Source: Eledone cirrhosa (Eukaryota). From it: DNA of 64,000 bases. The position numbers were made by a program, and so were the translations under genes. Location: assembly GCA_964016885.1 (NCBI GenBank), contig OZ024743.1:154628001-154692000 (forward strand). Reading direction: 5' to 3'. Shown here piece after piece: positions 40,450 through 53,609 of this stretch (positions within the stretch are counted from its first letter, which is position 1; each line of letters starts with the position of its first letter). The notes under the pieces are model-generated. The model did not search any database. It was not told where the DNA came from and saw only the letters and a list, made by a program, of their open reading frames with translations.

Positions 40450-43130
40450 TATCTGCTGGGTCATTTCTATGTTTAGATATTATTTTAATTTCTATTTTGT
40501 ATGTTACCATCATGTTGTTGTCTGGCGTCTTCGTATTGTACGGAACCGTTTTTTCATCCTTTTAGTTCCCCCAGTGTTGGTCTATCCTTTCACCTATGCT
40601 ACGAGCTGTCTCGCCTGTGTATGTTGTTGTCATGTGTGTGCAAGTACCCTCTGTACATCTTATGCTATAGACTACGTTTCTAGTTTTACAGTTTATCCGG
40701 GGTTTACTTTACATATAATACATTTCCTATTAGTACAGTAGGTTTTCTTAAAAGGGTATGTTTTACTCATCAGGGATTGTATGGTGGTTCCTAGCTTTTC
40801 TACCACCTTAATCTTTAAGTGGGTCTTTCTCAGGGCGTTTCTACACAGGCTAGCTAATTTCCTTCCAGGGGTAGCGTCCACGAACATGGCACTCTGGTAT
40901 CTCGGGTTGTCGTACCATGAGGTAGCTTTCCCTATCTTATATTTAGTCCAATCTAAGCTATTCCATGATTTGACCCTGTATAATGGGAACATTCCTTTCA
41001 TGTCCAGTTATATAAGGGTATTATACTTCTCCGTGGCTCCTTCGTATACTCTGATTCTGTCTCTTTAATTGTAGCCAGAAAACTGCATGCGGTTGATGAA
41101 GTGTTGGATGTGTCTCTCCATTGATGTTGGGTCGCACATGTGGGACACCTTCTTCATCACTCCTACCAAGTCTGCGATCAGAATATTAAATTTAGCACTA
41201 CTGGACATTGCTGAGTTTTTGAGTATCAGGTATTTAGAGGCTATGGGTTTAGAATAGTGTGAGTAGGGACTGTGGGCTCTCTCGTCTATAGTGTTAATCC
41301 AGAGTTCCGTGTCTAATACATGTAGTCTATTGTTAGGGTGTTTGGCAGGGTAGTCGATAGTTACAGTTATATTCTGGTGTATGGAAAAAGCTATCTGCTG
41401 GATGCTTTCCATTGTGCTACGTTCTAAATCAAACTTGTTAGTGCTTTCTAGTGGGGATGTTCTTATAACTATATTGATATCGTCTACGTAACGAGAGTAC
41501 ATGAAGAGGTCTATGGAGCTCTCATCAAGGACATCTTTGAGTCTCCTTTCCCACCATACCATAAAAAAAGGTTGGCAACGTCACCAGCTATGCTGACGCC
41601 AATGGATGCCCCCTCATTTTGGGTGTAGATCTAGTGAATTTGAATATGTGGCTCTTTAGGGTAGTTTTAATACTAGCCTCTATTGCATGTGCGACCATTT
41701 TTCTTCCCTGATCATTGTTTTGGGGGGACCGTATGGCTTTGGTCCACCCAAACACCTTCCCATCGATGGGAGTCTTTTTTGCCATTGAGGTTATGGTGGC
41801 GGTGTCTACCTCTGATGGGTCTACTGAGGCATAAACGGCTAAGTTCATGGCTGTCTAGGTAGTCAGTGTCATAGGAAAGTCTAAGTAGGAGGCCCAGTTC
41901 ATCTGTGTCGACGTCACAGAACTCCACCTCACTCTCACTGATCATCTCCACACGTTTTTCCACAGCAAAATCAATGTTAATGGATGCGTATAGTGATATC
42001 ACGTCCATACTGCCTATTATGCAGTTGGATAGGCTCCTGTTTTTGTTGCACTTAATGATTCTGCTGAGGAGGTCCTCGGTACTGTCACATACATCTGGGG
42101 ACAACTTGATTATGGGGCGTATAACCATTGAGAGGAAGTAGGAGATCCTGTAGTTGCCAGCGATATTGGCTCCGCATACAGGTCTTGTTGGTGGTCCTGT
42201 TGTCGGGTCGTCGACTGTCTTATGGTCTTTGCGGAGCCCATACAAATGTGGTATGTCATTGTTAGACGCCTGGAAGTTTTTGGCAGTGCATCTGCTTGGC
42301 TTTATGATGTCGGTCCACATCATCATGTGAGCGTTGAGGATTTTCTCTCTCCCCTCATGTGTTTGCTGTGTAATTTCGCTCGTGTTGGTGATGTGGGTTG
42401 CATAGCCTTGATATAGTTCGGTATGCTCTCTATTGACATCCTACCAGACTTATCCGTGGGTAGACATACTACCCCACCATCCCTTGTGCGCTGCTTGAGG
42501 CCAACTATGCCTTCTACAGGTTTACTTCCAAGTTGTTGGACCTCTGTTCTCTTTTGTCTCTTAGTATATCGGTCTTCTATTGTCTATTCTTATTTCTAGC
42601 TATGGTGAACTGTGCCTCTGTTTCGTCATCTATTTGTTGTGGTATACAAACTATATTATTAAAGGGTAACCTCGTAGGATAAATATTACCCATCTTATAT
42701 GTTTTGTCAGCTGGATTGACGAATAGTTTCTCTAAGGGGTTGTCATTATATCTATCGTCATAATTGTGTGTGTTGCTATTATTGTTTTTATGGTGGCTGT
42801 TGCTGTACCTATCATTAACATTGTTATTATTGTTATGTTTGCTAGGTGTATTGTTATTATGATTGTTAGATAAATTGCTGTTGTTTTCTCTATTGTTATT
42901 GTTGTTTTTACTGTTATTTCTACCATTGTGGTTGTTACGTGTATTATTTCCATTATTACTACTGTGGTTGTTGTGTCTGACGTAAATGTTTCTATTATTA
43001 TTATTGTGGTTGTTGTTGTTCTCTCTATCGTTAATATTATTACAATTATTATTATTACTATTTCTCACTCTCCTGCTATTGTTATTTATGTACTCAATAA
43101 AAGTTTTAAAAACATTATACAATTAATCTC
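40450..43130 (-). mobile_element. Divergent PLE family C: Asn-rich N-terminus, RT with a long motif A-B' insertion, Cys linker, C-terminal GIY-YIG; disrupted
   Basis: PTDKSG, LYGLRKDHK, PPTRPVCGA, GSMDVISLY, QNEGASIG, YSRYVDDI, LHVLDTELW, CTNRKCIIC..NCKTRNVVYSIRC..YTGETARSIGERIDQH. Confidence 0.85.
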
Positions 43131-43660
43131 TTATACTAAAATACACTATACTTATAACTGCACTCATCAAATACATCCAATAGTATATATAAATATATAA
43201 AATTATATATATAGTTTATATAAATATATAAAATACATATATTAAATTAATAGTTCTCACTTTAAACATTAATTTATTGTTGTTGCCTTAATATTATAAA
43301 TGTTTACAAATTATGAAATTGAATAAATGAAAATAATTATAATTATTTCATTCATTCTATACCCATGTAAATATGTTCGGATTTCTATAAATATTCTGAA
43401 AGTGGCTTTACATATTTTTCCTTCAATTTTCTCTTCAAATGTTTCTTCAATTTTCATAGCAAACCTATATTTTAAAAAACAAACAATTCAGATAATTATT
43501 TAAATATATCTAGTGTCTAAACTTAACGGTCCTTTTCCGTTTTAACGTTATCCTCATTAGCATATTTATCCTGAGTTTTGAATATTTATTCACTATCTGC
43601 ATTGAACTCATAACATTAAGTTCACATGTCGATATGTCACTATCTTTAAACCAAATATTG

Positions 43661-43721
43661 TATTTTATCTGAGGAAAGCGTACCAAAATACTGGAAGCCT
43701 TGAAATATGTATAATAAAATA
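43661..43721 (+). ncRNA. Type I hammerhead ribozyme
   Basis: uauuuuau-CUGAGGA-aag..cca.aaauac.ugg..cuu-GAAA-uaugua-UA-auaaaaua; perfect 8-bp stem I. Downstream flank resembles 31157-31200. Confidence 0.8.
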
Positions 43722-43878
43722 AATATGGTTTTATAAAGATTTTTCCATTTATTAATATTATCGATCTTATATTCCAGAAAAATCTATTGAATGCTTCTAA
43801 TCTATTATAAATTGACTTTGTTGAATAATCAACAAAACAAATAACCCATTGTTTATAAATATATATATATGTATATAT

Positions 43879-44079
43879 ATAGGAGAAAGCATGACACCGA
43901 TGGCAGAGCTCAAGCCGTTTCGACGGTTATTTCTGGACGCTTTAGTCAAGAAATATCCATCGAAACGGCTTGAGCTCTGCCATCGCGGTCATACTTTCTC
44001 CTATTACCCACTCTACTACTTTAAGTATTGAGTACTCTGGTGCGTTATGGTCCACCTGGTTCCTTACCACAACTCCTTC

Positions 44080-44081
<2 letters not shown>
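43879..44081 (+). mobile_element. ~200-bp fold-back mini-element in (TA)n (arms 43879-43938 and 43945-44004, plus tail)
   Basis: Same family as 62063-62257. Confidence 0.85.
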
Positions 44082-44129
<48 letters not shown>

Positions 44130-44135
<6 letters not shown>

Positions 44136-44784
44136 TATGTATACGTACATACATATATGTATATAGACTTACATTAGTATGTATACATACATGCACACAC
44201 ATATATATATATATGTACATATAGATTCACCAAACATTTATTATAATGCTCGGTGTGCTTGTAATCAAACATCCCGTATTAAGCCGTAGTGTATAGCAAC
44301 CACCGTTGCTCGTTTGTTCAACACTGACAAAAGAATTCTGTACTAGTTTCAAGATTGTTAGATATCGTCAGCAACGTATACCTTCCTGCCAGATAGTTGA
44401 ACGTTCGAAAGTATATACTTTCCTTATGCATATTAACGTCTGAGTAGCCCAATTTGCATATCGAGTGGGTTAATCGGCCGGGTGCACCGAAAACGATAAA
44501 CGAAAAAAATGAAACGAAATTTCATTTCCCACTCTTAGTACGGCTGTTACTTAAATATAAATATGTATACGTACATACATATATGTATACAGACGTACAG
44601 TAGTATGTATATATACATACATGCACACATATATATATGTACGTATGGATTCACCAAACATTTATTATAATTCTCGGGGTGTTTGTAAAGAAACATCCCG
44701 TATTAAGCCGTAGTGTCTAGCAACCACCATTGCTCGTTTGTCATTGTTGAACACACGAGCAACAGTGGTTGCTAGACACTACGG
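44130..44784 (-). mobile_element. Second locus of the ~425-bp retrozyme-like unit (1.5 units, HHR at 44335-44377, terminal fold-back 44708-44784)
   Basis: Aligns with 26981-27858; internal period 424 bp (TATTAAGCCGTAGTGT at 44277 and 44701). Confidence 0.85.
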
Positions 44785-45934
44785 GAACTTTACCGATATT
44801 TTGCAACTGAGGATAATTGACACTGTTTCTTTACTTAGTAACGATTTGTTTGTAGGGATAATTAATTCTTCTCAGTATATTACACATGTAGTATGAGATG
44901 AGTGTTATCTGGCCGCTTCTCCTAAATCAGAAGCTATTTCGCACTTGACTAGATTCATACTCATAAAAGAGGACACCTCTGTGATATACTTCTAATTCTA
45001 TTCTTGTTTGTTAGCAATCAACTTCTCTCTTAAAAGTACAATTGTTTGTTCGTGATTACAAAACTTTCATCCATATAGTTAGTTATTGTTCTTCAGAAGA
45101 CACCTGAACGTATCATGGAACTCTAGTTAATTTATTGCATCGTGTTATTTTCTAAATAAAGACCAAAAATTCAATACAAAATAAATGAAATATCCTTTGA
45201 AACATTTGCATTTGAAATATGGTAAAAGCGACTAGAACTAACAATTCATCAATAGAGCTAGAGACACTTTGATTAACTGTTAACGATAAGAATTGCTATT
45301 TGCGGTCCCCCTTTCCACACGTAAACCTACATTACACAGCCTTTGATCATTTAGATTTATAACTAACATTTGAACTCTAACCTGAAACATTTAGTCCCTA
45401 TTTTCATCTTTCTTTCATTCTGTCTCATATAGTTCTCACTTATATTGTTTTACGTTACACTACATTCACTATCACATTTATCCGTATTTATTTTCTCGTT
45501 TCTTACACATTCTTTCTCTTCTATTTGACCTACCTTTTTCAAAGGGTCATCATCTATAATAATAACAACAACAACAACAACAACAGTATGGAAACCTACA
45601 CCAAACAATGTAACCTCTACATTTGTTTCCGCTTATCCCAATAAGTTGTTTACTCTCTACCTTACCTGTACGTTTTATTATCTTCTTTTGCCATCCAAAT
45701 CCCACGCGCCTCTCCTCCTCTCATGTAATTTAACATATTTCACTTTCAAAATTCTTTCCACCATTTATCTTTACTATGGTTCGGCCTTTTTTCCTTCTAT
45801 CATTTCTTTGTTTAATATTTTCATTTTTCTTTGACACAACCTTCCATACACTTCGAAGCTATTATTACTACTGATAACTACAATGTTATCTCATGCCGGC
45901 AATTCACGAAACACTAAACCTCCACCACTAAATC

Positions 45935-46310
45935 AATGGTGTCTTCGTCATCATCAGCATCGTTATTGATACCGTTACCGTTATTGATATTGTCGTTGCC
46001 ATTGGTACTGCTGCTTGTAGTGATGATGGTTTTATCGTCATCGGCGTCGCCGTCACAACCACCGTCGTTATTTTTGCTGTTGTTGTCGTTGTTAGTGGTG
46101 GCGCTACTGCTGCTGTTGTCGCTGTTGTTATTGTTGTTGTCGTTGGGAATGTCAATGTTGTTTGAGCGTTGTTGTTGCTCCACTCGCTCCTGCTATTTCT
46201 ACATTGATTGCCGCTGATGGTGGTGGTGATGATGTGTAGGCGTCCATCGTAAATCCCAATAATACCACACTTGAGGATGATTGTCGTTGTTGGTGTTGTT
46301 GCAGTCGTTG
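45935..46310. repeat. Degenerate (GTT/GTC/GAT)n trinucleotide low-complexity tract
   Basis: Direct inspection. Confidence 0.8.
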
Positions 46311-46537
46311 ATTCCGACACACCTCCTATTACTAAAACTTATCTTGAGGTTGTCTACTCGCTTACCCCTTCCGCCGGAGCACATTAATCAATTTTCTCTT
46401 AATTATATTTATTTTACATTATTCATTTTATTACTACTATCAATGTGCCAGATACGAAACTTCGCCCCACTAGTATCATAGTTGATGTTGATGATGTTGC
46501 TACAGTCGTTGGCGTTGTTGTTCTTGTTGTTGTAGAC

Positions 46538-46785
46538 CAGTAATGGGCAACCTGCGGCCCGTGAAGTTTTTTGTATGGATCGCCTACGTGAAATCTTTCT
46601 GATTTTTTACCCCAACTTTTCAGTCGTAATTTATCTTTCTATCATTTTTACGATCGAGGAAAACAACGTGTACGAAAGCTGAAGAAGCAATTCAAAACAA
46701 CCTGAGTTACCGCCCTTTGTTAATATGGGCACGAATGTAAACTAGCGCTTGCAGCCCGCTTGTCGAAAAAGGTTACCCACGCCTA
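46538..46785. mobile_element. hAT (Charlie-like) MITE
   Basis: 8-bp TSD TTGTAGAC at 46530-46537 and 46786-46793; imperfect TIRs CAGTAATGGGCAACCT / AGGTTACCCACGCCTA. Confidence 0.8.
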
Positions 46786-46894
46786 TTGTAGACACTATTA
46801 TAGACACAGCCAAAAAAGAATTCCATCACACAAAAAATCACAGCTAAACAAATAAAACCACTACCTGTAGCTTCAATCTAAGCATCCATTGTAA

Positions 46895-47044
46895 ATAATT
46901 GTTTCTACTTTAGGCACAAGGCCAGCAATTACCCAGTACATTACTAGTACTTTATTTTATTGACCCCGTAAGGATGAAAGGCAAAGTTAACCTCGGCGGG
47001 ATTTGAACTCAGACTGCAAAGGGACGTAACTATGCTAGAAAGCA
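46895..47044 (-). mobile_element. SINE family 1
   Basis: Core, B box and tail in reverse complement. Confidence 0.85.
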
Positions 47045-47330
47045 ATGACAATTAGAACCCCTTGTTATTGTTGGTGTCCATGCCAATACACAATTCTATT
47101 TCTATTACTAAAACAGTATCTTCAGTGTCACCCCGCCTATACTTTCACACATATACATTATTGTTTCTTTCTTTTATTTAATTTTATTTTATTACAACTA
47201 CCCCCATCAGCGCAATCATTATTTATTTTTTCATCTTCACCACTACTCGTACATTTATTTTATTTCATTATACTTTATCCGCCACTTTAATTTCTCACTC
47301 GATTACTTATTATTATTGTTTTTTTAACCG

Positions 47331-47641
47331 CCTAGGTTAACTTTGCCTTTCGGGTCGATAAAATAAAGTACCAGTAATGCACTGGGTAATTGCTGGCCTT
47401 GTGCCAAAAGTAGAAACAATTATTGTTTTTTATTATATTACTATTAAGGGCAGTGAATTGGCAGTATCCGTATAGGGTTGGACACCATACTTTGTAGCAT
47501 AAAGTTACGGCAATTTACAGTCTGATTTCAAATCCCGCGCAGGTTAACTTTGCCTTTAATCCTTACTGGCTCGGTAAAATAAAGTACAAGTAATGCACTG
47601 GTATATTTGCTGGCCTTGTGCTTAAAGTAGAAACAATTATA
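47331..47641 (+). mobile_element. Two SINE family 1 copies in tandem (fragment 47331-47424, full copy 47448-47641)
   Basis: Core and tail occur twice. Confidence 0.85.
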
Positions 47642-47869
47642 TTACTATTATTATAGATTCGTTATGTTTGTCTTTATTTTTGTTAACCTGTACTCCTCTT
47701 TTTTTGTTACTTTTATTTTTTAACTTTTTATTTAAGCTTTTATATATGTATATAATTTTAATATAATATATTTTTACTTTTTACGTCCTCTACCCTTTAT
47801 ATTTTCATCTTTCACCCGTATACCCAACCCTCTAAACCTAAATCCACTTTACCACAAACCTTACAAATA

Positions 47870-49000
47870 CTGCCCATGAAGCGGATTTTGTTTCCATTTA
47901 GTGCGCAGTCTTTGTTGGACTTCGTGTTCTGCCAACACTTTGATATTCTTTGCGGCTTTATTTGCAGAATCGCCATAATTTTCAAATTACTTTCGCAGTC
48001 CTTTCGAAAATTTCCTACTTTTCTTTGTGACTGAATGTAACCTCTTCTTCATTTCGTGAACTGTATCCATTTTCCTCTTCCAATCAGCTGTCGTTTTAAG
48101 ATGCTGATTGAGTCCAATGGTCGTTATCCTGCATGAAATCTCTACCTGGATTATTCGTCTACCTCCATTTTGTCTGGAGAGATAGAGGTGACCCACATCT
48201 GCTTTTGGGTGATGTATTCTATTACATGTCAAACGTTTCCTGATTTTGGTGTCTATCCCCTTAATTTCATCAACGTTACAATTTATAATTGTTTCTACTT
48301 TAGGCACAAGGCCAGCAATTACCCAGTACATTACTGGTACTTTATTTTATCGACCCCGTAAGGATGAAAGGCAAAGTTAACCTCGGCGGGATTTGAACTC
48401 AGACTGTAAAGGGACGTAACTATGCTAGAAAACATGGCGTCCAACCCTCTACCGATACTGCCAATAACATTTATAATATTGAAACAGTAGGCGACAACTG
48501 GGATTGCAAGCGAATTTATAGCAGATAATTTATTTCTCAAGTTAAGCTCTGTTTTCATGACAGCACGTACTCTCCTTTCTTATTCTAGCTCCCTTATTAC
48601 TGTATTCACAACTATCTCCATTCAGCTTGAGCTTTTCATTCTGGCTTTCTTGAATGTTGCATTGGGGCATTTTTCTAGTCCAAAATCCATCTCCACATCA
48701 TTGCTGAACAACTTCATTATCTTCAGAAATCCTTCCAGTCCGTTGTCATGTTTCGTATACAGCTTCAAGTTATCCAAATAAATATATTGTTATGCCGTCC
48801 ATTTTGTAGACATATTTTGTTTTCTTGAGTGTTAAAGATATTAGTTTGAGTCCATTGCAATATATCAGAGAACAAAACGATTCCCCCTGGAGAATACTAC
48901 AGTTAATACTTGTGCTGTTGGAATTTATAATTCCATCACTGTGTGGTAATGATTGGTTTGTATTCCATATATACACTTTTAATGGAAATAGATGTGGATA
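47870..49000 (-). mobile_element. Old R4/Dong-type LINE fragment interrupted by a SINE (48286-48465)
   Basis: ILQGESF, KTELNLRNKLSAINSLAIPVVAY, DTKIRKRLT..HHPKADVGHLYL..GGR. Confidence 0.8.
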
Positions 49001-50081
49001 CAAAAACGAAGGAATTAGGTGAACATATAAGGGGGGGTCAATGAAGACCAAGTTAATCGTCATTCCAGCATGAAAGTGAATGCAGTCTTGAAAACCCAAC
49101 TCACTTGATAATACAATGTCATCTATACACGCTTTTGCAATCCCAGATGACCCTTATAGTTTCAACGTGCCAGATTAATGAAATGATGAAACGAATTATT
49201 CAAAACTAAGGTCAGGAAATAGTTATACTGTAATAAACTACATCATACAAAAGCAGTAATGGTTCGCGCCTATCTCCCTGAATAAAGTAGCAGTTGCGGA
49301 ATGATCCAGTTTATTTCTCATGCAAAATATCAATAATCAGACTCGATCAATACGTTAATATTCAGATGAGTCTATGCTGAAAATGGTTGCCGAACATGAT
49401 AGCCAGAAGTATTTAGGTTCATTAACAAACAGGAGGACATTCGAGGAGAAATACGCAAGGAATATTCTGAAAACGATGGCGATTCTGCAATTAAGGGTAC
49501 ATATAACATGAAAATGAACGCCATAAGTAAATACATCTAGTCAACATTATTTTCTTGGACTGAAAGTACAGAGGTATTGTTACATAATTTAAATAGGTCT
49601 CACGATTAAGTCAAGCTAACCTCGCGTTCGGTGCCCATTCTGGAAGCCACTATTGAATGTGTTTATTCATCGTAATGTCGTAAATATGTTCGGGTGCTAA
49701 GGTTTTTGGATTTTGCTAATTATCTAAACAAATTTAAAGTGTTGTTTTTAGACACATGCCAGCCCAGGATAATCACTCTATATGCGTGAAACGATGAAAT
49801 CCTCTTGGTACTAAAACGACAATAAAATATATTCTCTACGGACTAACCACAAATGTTATAACTTTGTATCTTTGTTACAATTAACATTGACCTACCATAA
49901 AGCATAAACAATGAACAAGAACAAGCAAAACAAAACATATATACAAATAAAGTACATGAAATATATTTAAAACGAACAATTACAGAGCAACAAATTCATA
50001 CACACATATGCATATTTCCGTATAACATATATATATATATGCGCGTGTGTGTTTATGTGCACGTGAGTGTACGTAAGTATC

Positions 50082-50114
<33 letters not shown>

Positions 50115-50714
50115 ATGTGCGTGTGTGTGTGTGTGTATATACACTAGACTAGAGTAAACACGGAGTAACGATTGTTTATACTTTTATAGTTCATTCAATA
50201 TACTTCCTTTTCCTGTTTTCCCGTATTTCTTGTTTATCTACAGTTTTGTGCTATTTTTATCCTTTATTAGTTACAATGATTTTATTGGCTCTTTTACAAT
50301 GCGGTTCATTCTATAATAACATATTACGAATAGAATGTCAGTTGATTGATTATTGGTGGGTGCTCATTATATTTCTTCTTTTTGTTAACAATAATAATTT
50401 AATGGTGATGTGAGTGGGTAGCATTTTGAAGATTCGAATGAATCAATACTACGGCCAATTTCACTTTTCAATGTGGTGCCAGTTTTTCGTCTATACTACT
50501 CATAGTATTTCTCTGAGGCATTATAAAGCTTTTATAAAGCTGACATTTCTATTGTTGAGGAAAATAAAGGACATTGACCCTAAAACTGTAGAGAAACTAC
50601 TACTAATATTAATAATACTGCTATGCTTGAAATTATGTTTAAAGCGAATTGTTTAAAAAAACTTAAAACACACAGTTTATTGCAAAGAGTAATTAGAAAT
50701 AAATGATGATAACG

Positions 50715-50898
50715 ATAATTGTTTCTACTTTTGGCACAATGACAGCAATTACCCCCGTGTATTACTGGTACTTATTGTATCGACCCCGTAAGGATGGAAG
50801 GCAAAATTAACCTCGGTGCGATTTGAAATCAGACCATAAAGGGCCGTAACTCTTTGCTGAAAAGCATGGCGTCAGACCCTTTACCGATACTGCCAATC
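50715..50898 (-). mobile_element. SINE family 1
   Basis: Core and tail in reverse complement. Confidence 0.8.
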
Positions 50899-50907
50899 CA
50901 CACCCAA

Positions 50908-51006
50908 ATGAGGATAACGATAATGACGATGATGTTGTTGAGGATGGTGATAATAATATTGATGATGGAGTTGAGGATGATGATAATGACGATAATGATG
51001 ATGATT

Positions 51007-51055
<49 letters not shown>

Positions 51056-51230
51056 TGTTGATGATGATTATGATGATCATGATGATCATGATGAAAATGA
51101 TGATGATGGTGATGATGATGATAATGATGAGGATGGTGATGATGAAAGTGATGACGAAGATGATGATGATGATGATGATGATGATGGTCATAATGAAAAT
51201 CATGAAAATGATGATGAAGGTGATTTCGTT
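50908..51230. repeat. (GAT)n microsatellite
   Basis: Direct inspection. Confidence 0.95.
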
Positions 51231-53084
51231 GCTGGTCATGAGCTTCGTTGTTTGAAGTAGCATATGGAAATGTGTAATACAAATGTGTAATTACAAATAT
51301 TATTTTATGTTTAAAAGATATTTCAAAGACAAATCGAAACAGAATCGATTACACAGCTACTGTTAATATTCACGTATAAAATTGTAGTGAAATATTCAGA
51401 GACGAAGAGACATCATAGTATGAGAAATTCGAATGTCTTGATGTTGTTGCTCATTAGACACATTGCTGACCATTGATAACGTTATTAAGTTTCACCATGG
51501 CGTCTACGCATAAATATATAGTATGCCTAAGTATACTCTATCTAATATATGCTTTGTTTAGGATTCTTAATTGCAGGCCCCATTCATGATACAAATGTAT
51601 TAACTAGGATGAGTTTTGTGTGCATAAAATGGGTTTTACTGCGTATTCAATGCAGTTAAATCAAACCAAGGAGCCTCTTATACTGCAAAATGTAATGTTA
51701 TGCCGAGTATAAATGTTTTATTAAGTTTACTGTGTATGAAATAGAAAGGGTTTGTAGGAACGTTTATATATATGGAGCGAAGTGTGATTTCTGGACAGAG
51801 TTCTAGTTACAGCGTTACATTTCTAGATGTTGAAACACTTTGCGTGTTAAAGTATATCTTTTAAAAATCTGCATAATGTTCCATATTTAAGCAGGTGTAT
51901 ATACGATAATATCTACTTAAGTTCATTTTTGGTAATTGATTTATAGAATCAGAAAGTGTAATAGGTAAAGTAGACTTCATTGCAATTTGAATTAAGGAAT
52001 GCTAAAAAATGCTTCTGGATTACATTACAGAAATACGTCATATTTTAAATCTCTTGCTTCCTCATCTAGGAATTGTTATTATTTATAACAAGAGAAGACT
52101 GATATCCTATCGTTGTAGGTTTTGATACCCACACCTGTGCAATTCATTTGTAAATGAATGTTTGGAAATTAATATTTGATAATATCTGAACTATTAAGAT
52201 ACATAATTGTCCACAATACAGTTTTTTAATGTTAAATTAAATAAATCATTTCAATGATCAAAACATGTCAAGTGAATGTGATATCTGTGCAAAAGGGTAA
52301 TGACTAAGGACATGTGAAGGGGAAATAATATCTATACCATGGACGTGACTAAGATCGCCTTGTTGCGGAGCAAGGAATACTGCGTACGTAATCAGAATAT
52401 AATCAGATTAGCTCAGAATAGATAAGTCGAGAAAATCTCTCGTCTTATGCGGATTAAAATTATCACTGTCATTAATATATAATATATTTTGCATGAAATT
52501 AATATCAGACAAGTAATGTTGTATACATATATTTCGGGGTCGCTGTTTAAGGTTTTCAATTATCTCTGGCATTAATATATTAAATTAATCCTCGTATTAG
52601 TGTACTATGTATGCATTTAATAGAAGGCAAGTGACGCTGTGTAAATATTGTGTTTTGAGGCCGCTGTTTCAGGTTTTGAATTATTATTACTTGTCGCTCC
52701 ACTAAGATATCTACTCGTTTTTATTCTTTGCTGAATACAATTAGAGGGGGCAGAAGCCTCGGGGAATATTTAATAAGTTAAGTGCACTGAAATGTTAAGA
52801 GGGAGAATAATAGATATAAATATCTTGGCTTCGGGGGAAAACACAATTCTTAAGATATTTCGAGAGGAATTGCCTTTCAGCAACTTTCATACAACTACCA
52901 TCCTTCCCCTTATTTGACCCATACCATGAAATATGATAATAATCCTATTTATGAGTAGGGATTTTATTTTGTTTGCGCCAGCAGTTATTTAAACATGGAT
53001 TTCCCACCAGCGTCAATATTATCATCACGTCATCGATCCCACACATCACCACCATCATTATCATACTCATGATCCACCATCCAT

Positions 53085-53240
53085 TTCTTCCTCTTCTTCT
53101 TCTTCTTCTTCTTCTTCTTCTTTTTCTTTTTCTTTTTTCTTCTTCTTCTTCTTCTTCTTCTTCTTCTTCTTCTTCTTCTTCTTCTTCTTCTTCTTCTTCT
53201 TCTTCTTCATAATTATCATCGTCGTCGTCGTCGTCGTCAT
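53085..53240. repeat. (TTC)n microsatellite
   Basis: Direct inspection. Confidence 0.95.
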
Positions 53241-53536
53241 GTATTGCTTCAAAATAGTATATTGTCAGTGTCAATGAATACTATTAGTTGTATTGGTGTA
53301 CCCATAATCTACATCCTTCGCTGCAAGAGGATGTTGCACACATTAACTAATTTTGCACAATCAGATGAGGCCGGTTGATTTCGACGGTGTTATTCAATAA
53401 TTCGATACATGTTGTTATGTGTTTACAATCTTGAATGCTCCCAATGATAAAATAATAGTACATCTCTCAACACATACTGAGCTCTACTATGCAACACTTA
53501 ATACCATGCATTGTAGAACTCTACAATGAGTTCTAA

Positions 53537-53556
53537 TCTATATATATAAACTGAGG

Positions 53557-53609
<53 letters not shown>

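Noticed and set aside
50829-53274. Poly-His, poly-Met, poly-Ile and poly-Glu/Lys/Ser ORFs
   Set aside because: Products of (GAT)n and (TTC)n repeats, partly fused to SINE sequence.
53374-53420. Hammerhead-like CAGAUGA...GAUA-CAUG-UU
   Set aside because: Two core substitutions, poor stems I and II, and no second copy.
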